Origin: Tubulanus polymorphus
Lineage: Eukaryota > Animalia > Nemertea
Assembly (NCBI RefSeq): GCF_964204645.1
Contig: NC_134028.1
Span: 22,192,345-22,256,344 of the forward strand
DNA: 64,000 nt
Direction: 5' to 3'
Shown: positions 12,984-25,042 of the stretch, piece by piece
How positions within the stretch are numbered: position 1 is the first letter of the stretch
How the letters are laid out: every line of letters begins with the position of its first letter
The notes under the pieces: model-generated
Told to the model about the DNA's origin: nothing
Database searches by the model: none
What the model saw: the letters and a program-made list of their open reading frames with translations, nothing else
Made by a program: the position numbers and the translations under genes

Positions 12984-13677
12984 GGGGGGGGGGGTGGCGA
13001 AGGAAGACATATTTGGTATAAGCGTTTCAGAAGCTGGCTTTTCCTAAGCGTAGGATGTGAGACATACCATTTCTGATGCAAGATAGCAAGCAACATTCAA
13101 TTCATTGATCCTTTTCCCCTCGCCATTAAAGGGGAGGTATCAATCACGGGTTCAACTCCTGAGTAGAACCTCCTGCCAGAAAACTCTTTCGCTACCCGGA
13201 TTCGAACCCACGAATCCTTGATTGATGAATGGTTATTCATGTATTTATGATAAAATTCAAGCCATTGAAGCAAAATGTAAAAGCGGGTCCATTTAAACAG
13301 TGAATTACATTAAAACTGTTATTTTTTTTTCTGGAGACACGCGCATTGCTTGCCTTCCTCGCGCACCAGGGCTTGGCTCCTCCAACCGACGACCCCGAGT
13401 GACGCCATTTCAACTAATGCCTTTTTCCACCTTTTTTGGTCCAGTTCAGTCAGTTTTAGTAGTACATACCTGACACTATAGTCTTAGCAGGACCAGCACA
13501 ATTGGGCAGTTGAACTAGAACATTGATTATTTGCCTCTTTTTTATCTATCTATTTATCTCTGCTGGTCCTATTAAGACTAACCGCAGGTATGTACTTCCA
13601 GAACTGACAGAGCTAGGTCATCGATGTCCTCAGAAGCAAGTTGATATAGACATCAAACAATTAGAGTTATTCATAGT

Positions 13678-14306
13678 CTATTTTGATAACCTTTCTAAAT
13701 CTTCGAAATCAAGGTAACCGCACAAAGCTTTCGGAAGCGGCAAAAGCAGAATTCTATCCAATTTGCGGCACATATACCTTCGGATTGCCATTCGGCAAAG
13801 TTCGGCAAGTCTCGGCGTACCGTGAATGCGTTCCACGAACCAACGTAGCTGACTATCGTCTAGAATCTTACCGAAATCAGAAACGAGATTTACATGTTTC
13901 AAATGACTAGCATGAAAGGTCGACGCGAGCAAAATCATCCGCACAGAATCGAATTCTCTCAGATCTAAAGCTAAATCTAAAACCGTAGCCGAATTAGAAT
14001 TAACCGTTTGTAATCGAGGGTGAATCGGAAACGCGTTCGTGGTGATTTTACAGCCGCGTCGCAGTAATCGAAGCATCGAGTCCTTGCGGCTGTGGTAGAC
14101 AGCGACGAGAAACGGCGTTTGATTCGACGCGTTTTTCTGCTCGATCGAAACGGCGTGGTTTCCCATCAGGATATCGATCGCTTCCAGATGGCTGTACCGA
14201 GCGGCGCAGTGCAACAGCGACTTATCCTGGCGAAACTTGTAAAACGTATTCTTGCTCATAATCAGTTCGATGACGTCGATTTGATTTTGCGCGACGGCTA
14301 TTTTCA
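13678..14306 (-). pseudogene. 5'-truncated duplicate of ASB paralog 2 (last ankyrin repeats plus SOCS box), frame still open
   Basis: Matches the C-terminal ~208 aa of the 17095-18280 ORF; the frame is cut at the duplication junction 14306/14307. Confidence 0.8.
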
Positions 14307-17300
14307 CGACCGTGCTACAAGTTATATATAAGTATATACATTACATAGGTGAAGCAGTTTTTGTTTTTCTTCTCGAAAACGTTTAGTTTAAACTTAATTA
14401 CGGATGTTAAATTCGAAACAAAAAATATTTCTTCGGCAGAAACTGACTCAAAACTACGGACAGACTCATTCCTGATCATTTTCCTGTGAATTCAAATGTA
14501 TATTCCGTGGCCGTGAAAGCGTTCGGTAAACTGATATTATGAGCGCTCGTACCAACTTGTAGCGACCGGAATGTCCTTCAATCATTTCCGATGTCAACGT
14601 CGGATATCAGTTTCCGACGAGAGATGGAGGAATGAATGAAAATTTGTGGGATTCATGCAGGTGTCGATCGATCTGCTGCCTGTAAACATCCTGTACGAAA
14701 CTCGGACAATCACACCATGTGATGGGTGAAGTTTGCACCAGATCGTTTTCTACGCGTGGTGATGGTACATCTGCGCGTCTGTGAGGTCGAGTAGAAATGT
14801 TAACATCACGCCTCCGGCGCAGAGGAGGAAACCTGGCGTAGTCTAAGAGGGTGGGTAGAGACAGTCAGACTGTCTGAAGGGATGGGCACTGGCAGCAAAT
14901 CGTCTGGTGAAGATGTGTACTGATATAGCAGTGTCTGGCGGTTTTTTTGGTGCAGACAGTAAATTGACAGTTGCATAACTTTCAGTTTGGTGAAGTTTTT
15001 ACAGAAATCCGATTTTTTATCTAATTCAACTGAATCGATACGTGAATGATTCATTTTCGTCTTATTTTCTTCTGTATTTGGAGCGTGTCATATGCAGGCT
15101 GAATTCTGTAATCGCCTTTTTTACTGTTTAATATGAAGAATATGTATATTTTGTTTGGCTTTCCAACAAACCATTATCGAATGATTCATATTAATAACAG
15201 TATTCATATATTATGTGTATTATACAAATGTGCGTAATTCTAATGTAAATATATTGTAATATATGTAGCCATTTGTAGTAAAGTCTAAAAAGTCTGGACA
15301 GCGCTTACTTAAACACTGTTCTCGCGCCCTCGTCATTCTACTAACAGTTTGTTTGGTATACGGGCCACAACTCTCGAGGACAGCACACCAGTAATCCGAA
15401 GCGTTTGAAAATTCAGTACTTCCTGATTATTTTTCGTTGATCGTATCTATTTGATGCGAAAATTTCAAATTTGAATGTAGCCAGCAGGCCGAATGACGTG
15501 GCAAAGTGAAAACTCTTTCTAACAACCTGAGTTCAAGGGACCAGCGTTGTACACGGCACGGAAAGAGATTTTTCTGGATATTTATCTGAATTTAACCAAG
15601 ATGTAATTACTGACTCGTTATAACGCCATCCTTTTCAACGCCTTCGCGCACAATAACGCCAACACCTTTCCGAGGACAAACTCTATGCCAAATCGAGCTC
15701 TAATTCGATGAAAAGAAAATCATTTCAACGCAAAATTCGCCAATTCGTCGTGTTTTCTTGGTTCAAACGTTGGCGTTATAGCCGAGATTGACCGTATATC
15801 GACCCATTCCTATATATCACTCGAGTTATTTCATTTTGGAGAGTCGGCCAATAATACGTGTATTTAGATCACCACAAAACCGAATTCGAAACATGTGAAG
15901 TCTTTCCTTTTGAGTGATAAGAATATAATGTTACGGGATTATATTGTGATACATATAAGTTTTATTACTTGTTTTGTATAAATTGTTCTTTATCGGTAAA
16001 TAAAAAAACAGTCATTAAATTTACTAAACACGCAGCAAGCTTTAAGTTCATTTCAATTCAACTATCCAGACCAGAAACCAATGTCAAGGACATATAAAAA
16101 GTAAACAGCGGCATGCAAAGGACATCCTCCCTCGACAGAAATTCTAACCTGATTAGATTTGGTGCGCAGGTTTATGCGCAGCTTTGCCGCACGAAAACTT
16201 GCGGCACCAATCAGATTGCTCTTTGTATAATTGCTGAGGTAAATTTCATGGAAGAACTATAAATGAGTAAAACTCGGGCTAAAATGAAACGGGATATGTG
16301 ATTGGCTAATAATGACATCATCTAAGCTGCGTATGTAGTTGCGCACTCGGTCTAGTGTGGCAGGGTTTCGTACCGTGGCAATCTCGATGCCATCAGGTTC
16401 GGGGGGGGGGGTGGCGAAGGAAGACATATTTGGTATAAGCGTTTCAGAAGCTGGCTTTTCCTAAGCGTAGGATGTGAGACATACCATTTCTGATGCAAGA
16501 TAGCAAGCAACATTCAATTCATTGATCCTTTTCCCCTCGCCATTAAAGGGGAGGTATCAATCACGGGTTCAACTCCTGAGTAGAACCTCCTGCCAGAAAA
16601 CTCTTTCGCTACCCGGATTCGAACCCACGAATCCTTGATTGATGAATGGTTATTCATGTATTTATGATAAAATTCAAGCCATTGAAGCAAAATGTAAAAG
16701 CGGGTCCATTTAAACAGTGAATTACATTAAAACTGTTATTTTTTTTTCTGGAGACACGCGCATTGCTTGCCTTCCTCGCGCACCAGGGCTTGGCTCCTCC
16801 AACCGACGACCCCGAGTGACGCCATTTCAACTAATGCCTTTTTCCACCTTTTTTGGTCCAGTTCAGTCAGTTTTAGTAGTACATACCTGACACTATAGTC
16901 TTAGCAGGACCAGCACAATTGGGCAGTTGAACTAGAACATTGATTATTTGCCTCTTTTTTATCTATCTATTTATCTCTGCTGGTCCTATTAAGACTAACC
17001 GCAGGTATGTACTTCCAGAACTGACAGAGCTAGGTCATCGATGTCCTCAGAAGCAAGTTGATATAGACATCAAACAATTAGAGTTATTCATAGTCTATTT
17101 TGATAACCTTTCTAAATCTTCGAAATCAAGGTAACCGCACAAAGCTTTCGGAAGCGGCAAAAGCAGAATTCTATCCAATTTGCGGCACATATACCTTCGG
17201 ATTGCCATTCGGCAAAGTTCGGCAAGTCTCGGCGTACCGTGAATGCGTTCCACGAACCAACGTAGCTGACTATCGTCTAGAATCTTACCGAAATCAGAAA

Positions 17301-17723
17301 CGAGATTTACATGTTTCAAATGACTAGCATGAAAGGTCGACGCGAGCAAAATCATCCGCACAGAATCGAATTCTCTCAGATCTAAAGCTAAATCTAAAAC
17401 CGTAGCCGAATTAGAATTAACCGTTTGTAATCGAGGGTGAATCGGAAACGCGTTCGTGGTGATTTTACAGCCGCGTCGCAGTAATCGAAGCATCGAGTCC
17501 TTGCGGCTGTGGTAGACAGCGACGAGAAACGGCGTTTGATTCGACGCGTTTTTCTGCTCGATCGAAACGGCGTGGTTTCCCATCAGGATATCGATCGCTT
17601 CCAGATGGCTGTACCGAGCGGCGCAGTGCAACAGCGACTTATCCTGGCGAAACTTGTAAAACGTATTCTTGCTCATAATCAGTTCGATGACGTCGATTTG
17701 ATTTTGCGCGACGGCTATTTTCA
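14307..17723. repeat. Tandem duplication, copy 2 (3417 bp)
   Basis: Same sequence as 10889-14306; its right end continues into the intact ASB reading frame. Confidence 0.97.
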
Positions 17724-18280
17724 GAGGGGTATAACCCCAGTTAGTGGTCGCGTATAGATCGGCGTGTTCGCGCAGGAGGACCTTGACGCAGTTGACGTGA
17801 CCGTGACGAGCGGCGAAATGCAAGGCGTTTTCGCCGCTGTGGTTCGTCACGTCGACGTCGCATCCTTTCTTGATCAGGTATTCGACGATTTCGTGAAAGT
17901 CGCCGCCTTTCACGGCCGCCATCACGGGCGTTAATCCGTGCTCAAGCGTCGGTTCCAAACTTGCGCCTAATTTCGTCAGTATCTTAACGCATTCGAACGC
18001 GCCGGAATGAGCAGCGATCTGTAAAGCGAAAAGGTTTTCGGATATTTTGCAGCCGTGTTTTAACAGTAATTGTACGACGTCTGGTTTATTTTGTCGTATA
18101 GCCGTGATTACCGGTAACCCGTTCGGTCGCGCACCGGCCGCCAGTAACTGTTCGGTAAACGATCTCGAGTGTTTGATGCTTGCCGCTAGTGCCTCGTCCA
18201 AGTCATCCTGCGACGGCGCCCGTTCGGTCAGGAGACTGGTGACCAGAGCCCCGTCATCCGACTCTACAGCATACAGTAGT
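17095..18280 (-). CDS. Ankyrin repeat and SOCS box (ASB) protein, paralog 2; single large coding exon, start exon not certain
   Basis: Ankyrin motifs (GLTPVMAAV, GENALHFAARHGHVNCVKVLL, GYTPLKIAV) and a SOCS box (PRLAELCRMAIRR..LPLPKALCGYL). Acceptor TTGCAG precedes 18280 in phase 2 and extends the frame to LLYAVESDDG. Confidence 0.88.
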
Positions 18281-18971
18281 CTGCAACATAATATAAACCG
18301 AGTTCTTGTTTAATCGAAGCAGGAATCGGTTCTAGAATGTCAAAATATATTTGGTGTAATACTTGGACGAAAACCGATGAATAATAATGATTCCGAATTC
18401 AGGAATCTGTTCTAGAATATCAAATTATTTGGTGTAATATTTGGGTTAAAACGATGAATAATAGTAACTCCGAATTCAGAAATACGAGGTGAGAACTTAA
18501 ACCCTTGTTTTGGGTAACGTCAGAACCTGATGGCGTAGTAGACATTTGAGGTAAAACGGTTTTATCGAGGCACTAGCAGCCTTTGCAATAATGACAGATG
18601 GCGCTACCTTACGTAAATAACTTATTACGTTACAGACTATTTCTATTTTCATGTTATAATATCAATGGATTGGCTTTTCATGTTTTGAGGTTACCCCTCT
18701 TAACGATTCTGTTCAAAGTTCAGACACACGTATTTAGTCAGTCCATGTAATTTGGGGTTTACTCTTTTATGAGTTCGTAGAATCTGGTAGCTTCGACCGT
18801 TCAGAGCGCCTTAAACCTCCGATTTTATGGGCTGGTTTGGAACAGATGGAAATTTTTAGTTGTGGTCATTTTGGCCAGTTTCATCGTGGTATTTCATTGA
18901 GACAGGATATACCACAGTTTAAATCAGTACACGGAACCTATTCGTTAAGTTCCATGGATAGTAAACCAATT

Positions 18972-19292
18972 ACAGCGGAATCTCGTTATAATAAACTTTA
19001 GGGGACCGGAAAATCTGTTCGTTATAACTTCATGCAGCGGAACCTCGCTATGACGAACTCGGATTCGACGATTCATCGGATATTTACAAATATATAGAAT
19101 TCCGTCCCAAGTAAGAATATTTGATTAATTTCATACTGGATATGACGAACTATCGGTTTTGAAGAACATGTTGTCTGGTCCCGTGAAATTCGCTTTATCG
19201 AGGTTCCATTGTATAATCGATAGCTCGATTCAGTATGAAATTATTAACATGGTCCTTCGGGATGAAATACTAGGATAGTCGATATAACGAGG
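18972..19292. mobile_element. Tc1/mariner (pogo-like) MITE remnants, one nested in another
   Basis: TA-CAGCGGAATCTCGTTAT start; inner CAGCGGAACCTCG (~19036) to CGAGGTTCCATTG-TA (~19213). Related ends occur at ~44820-45380. Confidence 0.6.
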
Positions 19293-19780
19293 TTTTTGTA
19301 TTTCCTTCGAAACATCTCGGCCGGGGAAAGAAAACAAGAGGCTGCATGCATAACTTCGTTAAAGCAAAATCTGGTCCATGACAAAAAAAAGGAAAACGAA
19401 TGAAATTCACATTTACTCGTGACATATTTTTGTATCTTATCACAGTTTAATCAAGTTTTTTTTAAGAAGCTTAAAAACGTTTAGTATAAAATTCAACAAA
19501 CGAACAAGCAATAAAAATAAAGCGAGGACTGGCAATAAATATTATGCAAACAACAGCTCTCGAGTCATGCAAATAGAGATTTAGCATATCTGTTCAAACA
19601 GGTTTTTACCCTCTCACTTCGGGTGATATAAACAACTTAACGTTCTACAAATTCTGAGTATAAAAAACCTTTAAAAAACCCCGGGAAAAATCAATCTTTC
19701 GGATTTACAGATTTGTTTCTCGGTTCATGTTTACAGCAGTCCGGACAGCTTCAACGAGTCGCTAATATGGCTTCACAAAA

Positions 19781-19980
19781 ATGATACATTGTTTCTCCTA
19801 ATCGGCCGGGTCACTTTTTAAAATGTAAATACAATTTGTAATCAGTTCATTTCTATAGCTGTCGGGTGTGTTATGGTAAAATTGATCGCGATCTTTTTAA
19901 AAAGAAGGTAATGTACAGGATGATAGGCGGTCGGGCGGGTTCATTTTAAGCTGAAGAGAAATGAGAAACAAGGTATCAAT
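19781..19980. mobile_element. MITE (family D) just 3' of the ASB paralog 1 stop codon
   Basis: TIR ATGATACATTGTTTCTC / GAGAAACAAGGTATCAA; related copies at ~39281-39474 and ~52219-52415. Confidence 0.7.
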
Positions 19981-20003
19981 TTTTTTCGCCGATTGCGTGA
20001 AAT

Positions 20004-22903
20004 TTAACAATCGACACTAATATCGTCAATATCGTCCAGTTTGATGTAGCTCAGTAATCGTTTCGGTAAAGGCAACGCGTCTATTTTCGTCTGTGCGCGG
20101 CGGCCTAAACTACGCCGGATGGCGCCGCGACAAATCTCCGACAAACTCTTCGCCGAACAAAACCGGTCGACGAAAAAGTCGAGAAGTTCTCGTCGATCGG
20201 CCAAGCGATCGGGAATCTCGTGCATGACGGCCGGGTGGTGCAGTTTGGGCATGTTACCGGACAGCAGGAGCACCTTAGCGACGGCGTAATGGCCGCGATC
20301 GAGCGCTATATCCAACGGCGTACACTTACACCATTTACCCTTGATGGCGCTTTGTCCCGTAATATTCACGTTGCAGCTTCCCTTCGCTAACAGTTTCACG
20401 GCGTCTAAGTGATCGTGATAGACGGCCTCGATGAGCGGGGTATTGCCGGTCGAGTCGACGACGTCTATGAACGCGCCGCTATCGATCAGCGCGTCGAGGA
20501 TCTCGGTCAGACCGCTACGTACGGCGTAATGAAGCGCCGTGCGCCAACCCTGACAACTCTTCTTCACGTTAACGCCCGGTCGCGCCAGTAGGTATTTCGT
20601 CATTTTCTCGCGCGCCTCGCACACGGCCAGCATCAACGGCGTGTAGCCCCAGTTGTTCTGCGCGTTGATTTTCGCGCCCGCGTCCAGCAAAGCGGCCGCG
20701 CATTTCAGGTGACCTTTACGAGCGGCGTAGTGTAACGGGCTGTCGTTGTCGTAGTTGACGACGTTCACGTCGCATTTCTTGCCGATGAGAAATTCGACGA
20801 CCTCGTCGTAGCCGGCCAGAGTGGCCAACATCAGCGGCACGTCGCCGTACTTCTCGCGCACGTTCATCAGGCCGCCGCGTTCGAGCAGCAGTTTCACTAG
20901 GTAAAGATTGCCGGTCCACGCGGCCAGATGCATCGCGTTTCGGCTGTGGTCGCTGCGATGGTTGACGTTGCAGCCGTAATGTAACAACAGACGAACGACG
21001 CTGACTTTACTGTTGGCAGTGGCTAACATTAGCGGCGATTCGCCGTCGCAGTCGGCGGCGTCAGGGTTGGCGCCGTTTTCTAGTAAAACGTGCACGCTCT
21101 TCGTGTTGCCGTTGACGGCTGCACGCACGAGGGCATTGTCCAGTTCCTCTTCGGTAACGGGTCCCAGTTCACCGCGTAGGGCCATATACAGTAGATCTAC
21201 ATCGTTCTTATTCGCCGCTTCGATGAGCCTAGAAAACAATTGATCGCCCTATAATCAGTATTTCATGATTCAAGTAGCGTAGGATGTTCAAGTAGGCAAA
21301 CACGGAATTTAATTTTAGTGCCGCGTGAAGGTGCGATATTGACGCGCACATTTAGAAGTTGAACATATTGTTGATTTGTTGATAGAAGTGAGTCAATCAC
21401 TGCAGCCTTATATAAGACCCATGACCAGTATTCCTGAAGATGACTATCACTCGGGTAAGTTATAGTCGAAATGTCAAATCAATAGATTATTAGCTAAAAG
21501 GAAATTTTTTCAGACTTCTTATCAGTGTGGGATTCTCTACACTTCAATGCACTTCGACATTCATTTGCATACACTGAATTCGGAGCCACGTAAATCCTCA
21601 AATCCCCCACTATAGGCCTTTCAGCGCACTAATGCAATATCATTCATTAAAGTATGCGAAATGTTTAATTTAGTATCAGCGAGATTAATTCAGTAAGAAA
21701 TAATCAACAAAAGAATATATGAGGATTACAAATTATAATCAACAGTTAAGAAGGGCTGAAGGAATAAGGAATCATCAGTTTGCGCATGCAAATCAAAACT
21801 ACGAAAAAGGCGAAAATACATCACACTGACAGGAACCCAACTGACAGGGGTTCATCACACTGACAGCGGTTCAACACAATGACAAGGGTTCAGCACACTG
21901 ACAGGGCGGACTCGTCACACACAGAACTTGGATATTCTAGCAATAAGCTAAAGCATTCCAAACTAACTAAACTGCAGTCCGGCAACTGACTAAACCGTAG
22001 TCCAGCTACTCACTAAGCCACAGTCCGGTTACGGACTAAACTAGTCAGTAACCTGTCTGTGGTTTAGTTTCACAATCGGATATTTTCACAAACCACAAGG
22101 TATGCGACCATCCGATTATATAAAGCTTATCAACGATTAGGTAACTAACTAGGACTAAACCACAGTTCTGGTTGACTAAACCAGTCAAGTTACTGACTAT
22201 CGCAGTCCAGTTACCAACTAATGTCTATTTATTAATTGATGAGACCTGTTTTTCTTGGATATTTTGCTTACTTTTTGGGGTACATACCTCATTTATGTCT
22301 TAACAGAATGCCAAAAATCGCGGACAACAACTGAATATCCGATATATTTCCAGTTCTGTACCAATTAGATGGATTGGCAAAAAGACTCCTTAAGTCCAAT
22401 TGAATGAGAGAGAAAATCCTCCATTTTGTCAAATTTCTTGAATTTTTACATTGTCACCATAAATGAGGTATGTACCCCAAAAAGTAAGCAAAATATCCCA
22501 GAAAAACAGGTCTCATCAATTAATAAATAGACATTAGTCCACACTGTCACTGACTGGATTTCTACACAAGATTCTTGAATTAACAAATGGATGTTGAATT
22601 GTGATCACATAGTATCCAGGCAGGCTGCACCAGCTCGTGACGAGCCCCGTCTTAATACCAGCCGTTGTTACGGGTTCCCTAACAACAGTTGTTTGTGGAA
22701 CGACGGCTAGCTACTAGACTCAACTGACTTTGACTAGGCCTGCCCTAGCTGACAACACCAAGACGGAGCAGGGGCACAGGGCTGCGATGATTACACTAGT
22801 CAGTTGGTGTGTTGAATCCCTGTCAGAGAGATGGGTCCCCAGTAGACAGATGATAGAGAAGGAGTAAGACCAATCATGCACAACCAACAAACCTGCTTGA
22901 CAT
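20004..22903 (-). CDS. Ankyrin repeat and SOCS box (ASB) protein, paralog 1. Exons 22893-22903 (ATG TCA AGC AG) and 20004-21228
   Basis: About 9-10 canonical ankyrin repeats (GESPLMLA, DSPLHYAARKGH, GYTPLMLAV, GNTPLIEAV) and a SOCS box (KSLSEICRGAIRRSLG..LPLPKRLLSYI). Phase-2 acceptor TTTTCTAG at 21229 matches phase-2 donor AG|GTTTGT at 22893; the start exon is inferred. Confidence 0.88.
21426..21480 (+). ncRNA. Minimal type I hammerhead ribozyme-like motif (Penelope-type), degraded
   Basis: CTGAAGA (21434-21440), stem II GACTAT/ATAGTC, GAAA (21468-21471), then TGTC; TATATAAG lies just upstream. Confidence 0.6.
21825..22216. repeat. Two degenerate short tandem-repeat arrays in the ASB paralog 1 intron
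   Basis: ACACTGACAGGGGTTCA-like units at ~21825-21920, then ~22-bp GACTAAACCACAGTCCGGTTAC-like units at ~21960-22216. Confidence 0.7.
22217..22538. mobile_element. Fold-back MITE with ~80-bp nearly perfect terminal inverted repeats
   Basis: ACTAATGTCTATTTATTAATTGATGAGACCTG..GTACATACCTCATTTATG is mirrored by CATAAATGAGGTATGTAC..CAGGTCTCATCAATTAATAAATAGACATTAGT. Confidence 0.9.
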
Positions 22904-23249
22904 GTTTCTGTATGTATTATAATAATGAATCCTCGTATATAAACGCGAAGCTGCTGTTGATGTTCCCGCTTTTACTGATGATTATTTTGTCGAACGACGT
23001 AGAAAACCTGGCCACAAATCATCTTTTCATCGTCATTCGTAATAAACAACAAATTCGATTGAATTTGTATACAGCAAATTCGCAGCATGTTCCGCAAAAA
23101 ACTTCCGATCCCGAACAATTCAATCAAATTAAATTTGGTTTTCAAATTCAATCCAATTAATAATATTTTCATAAATAAACACAAATTCAATCAAAATTAG
23201 ATTTATTGACACAGCTAAAGATGATTGTGAAATTTGTCACACGTTCAAA

Positions 23250-24967
23250 TTATCGCCCTCTCATTGACATAATAATTTTCGACATGCCAAGCAGTTGTTT
23301 AAGTTGGTCGTCGTTAAGCCTATCAGCTGGTAAAAGTCTCAGAAGCAGTTTCGTCAACAAGTTGAACTGAAAAAGGAGAAAACGCCGTGTGGAAAAAATC
23401 ACAAGTTATGTCTTTCGGCTTGTTCTCATATTAAGTATCTCAGTATTTCGCAACAAAATAAAAACCCACAGTAAGATGATTAGCGGGAAATTATTTTCTT
23501 CGAAACCGCCATAAACGTTTTAATCACAATCACCAGTCGTTTCCTTATTAATTTCCCTTTCAGTTTTTCTAAGAGGCAACGTCGTGTTTTGAAAATTTGA
23601 CGTTTTTGTTTGTTTAAATCTAAAGAAATTTCGAGGATGAACCGATTAGATTCTACTTACGTCGAGATCTTCGTATTTGGTCGGTGGTTTCGGGCAAACA
23701 CCCGGCTGTGGATAATTGCCGCTTCTGTCTTCCTTGAATTTGAGCCGATATGATCCTTAAAAATAATGGAAATATTTATAGATTGATGTTCAATGTGGAT
23801 GCGACACTATTGCGCGAATGAATAGGTTATGAAAACCGCGGCCTCGCATTATTGACCACAGTTTTTCGTTTGTTATAACTGAAGCTCCTTCACGCTACTA
23901 ACCGGGAGTCCCAATAGATAATTCTGATAGAAGACATGTTTTTGCGTCGTAGGAAGCGTATCCTTTTTCTTCTGGGAAAACGAATACGACAGAATCTCCC
24001 ACTGTTTTCTTCGTAGCATAATCACCTGCAATCATAGAAATTAAACATTTACAGAATATCTAAGATTTTCTATCTCCACATAGTGATAAGGACCCATCCT
24101 CGCTCCAACTGGTGAAATCAGTTAGTCCTCTGTGGTACCCGGGAAAAGCGATAATGGTTGTTGATTAGGGTCATTGCGAATTGTACGTACTTTTGTAGCC
24201 GATTTTTAAGAAAATGAATTTTACATTCATAGAGAATACAGTGAATACTCACGTATGGCGCACCAAAATCTTGAAACTTCACCAGGGTTACCCGTATTCT
24301 GTTTGAACAAATCTTTTAATATTTCTGACTGCCGGCTATCAACCTCAGCATTCAAACAGTCTTCTCCGCCTTCCGGGACGATTTGTAAATGCTGCAAATA
24401 CAGCACAGGTATTTATGAGTTTTAACATTGGTTTCCAGTTGAAATTACAATTGAAGTTATCTGGTGGATTAGTTTTGCTGCATTCTTACTAATGTATTTA
24501 GATCTGCAGTTATATCAAATACGAACTTGTCCTTCTTGCCCGTTACGAAGTCGGCATTCCATATTTTGAAAAATACGTATTTATTCGGCACATCGATATC
24601 ATAGCTGCAATAATAGAACTACGTCATGGCATCTCATGCAGTAACTAGAACCCGATTGGGTGCCGACTCACAAGCCACGATGTATGCGCTGAAACTTGCA
24701 CTAGTTTCGCTCCCGGCAGGTGTGGCGGGTTTGTCAGGGACACCGAATCAAGAAATTCAAACGTTCAGACTGATTTGATTTAACTTACAACCCGGCGTAT
24801 CTGGTGTTGGTAAAGTTCAACGGTTCATCTAAATACGACGAAGTCTCGATTTTGAAGTCGAAACGTCCTGTATATTTCCATGCCAGGCAGCCACAATCGC
24901 TCTCACTTTCGGCTGGTGCCGAGAACACCGAACCGACAAGAACAGCGAAAAATAGAAATACCTGCAT
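23250..24967 (-). CDS. Secreted six-Cys protein A (255 aa), ependymin-related-like. Exons 24789-24967, 24490-24604, 24253-24391, 23903-24025, 23661-23755, 23250-23366
   Basis: GT-AG exons total 768 nt in one open frame: signal peptide MQVFLFFAVLVGSVFSA, DCGCLAWKYTG, GFYDIDVPNK, GGEDC, FWCAIR, YDAKTC, PGVCP, amphipathic C-terminal tail. Confidence 0.85.
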
Positions 24968-25029
24968 CGTATTAAAATCTTATAATAAAAATACAGAAAA
25001 TTATATTTGCTGGACTACAAAGCGACTGT

Positions 25030-25042
25030 TCTTTTTATATAC
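25030..25042 (-). promoter_or_regulatory. TATA box of gene A; the equivalent site for gene B is at ~27301-27312
   Basis: Minus strand reads GTATATAAAAAG about 65 bp upstream of the ATG. TTATC/AGATAA (GATA) sites lie just upstream, and the arrangement is conserved in both duplicates. Confidence 0.6.

Larger units (their letters stand above)
10889..14306. repeat. Tandem duplication, copy 1 (3418 bp)
   Basis: From CGACCGTGCTACAAG to GGCTATTTTCA; repeated immediately at 14307-17723. By eye the copies differ by 6 substitutions and one G-run indel. Confidence 0.97.
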
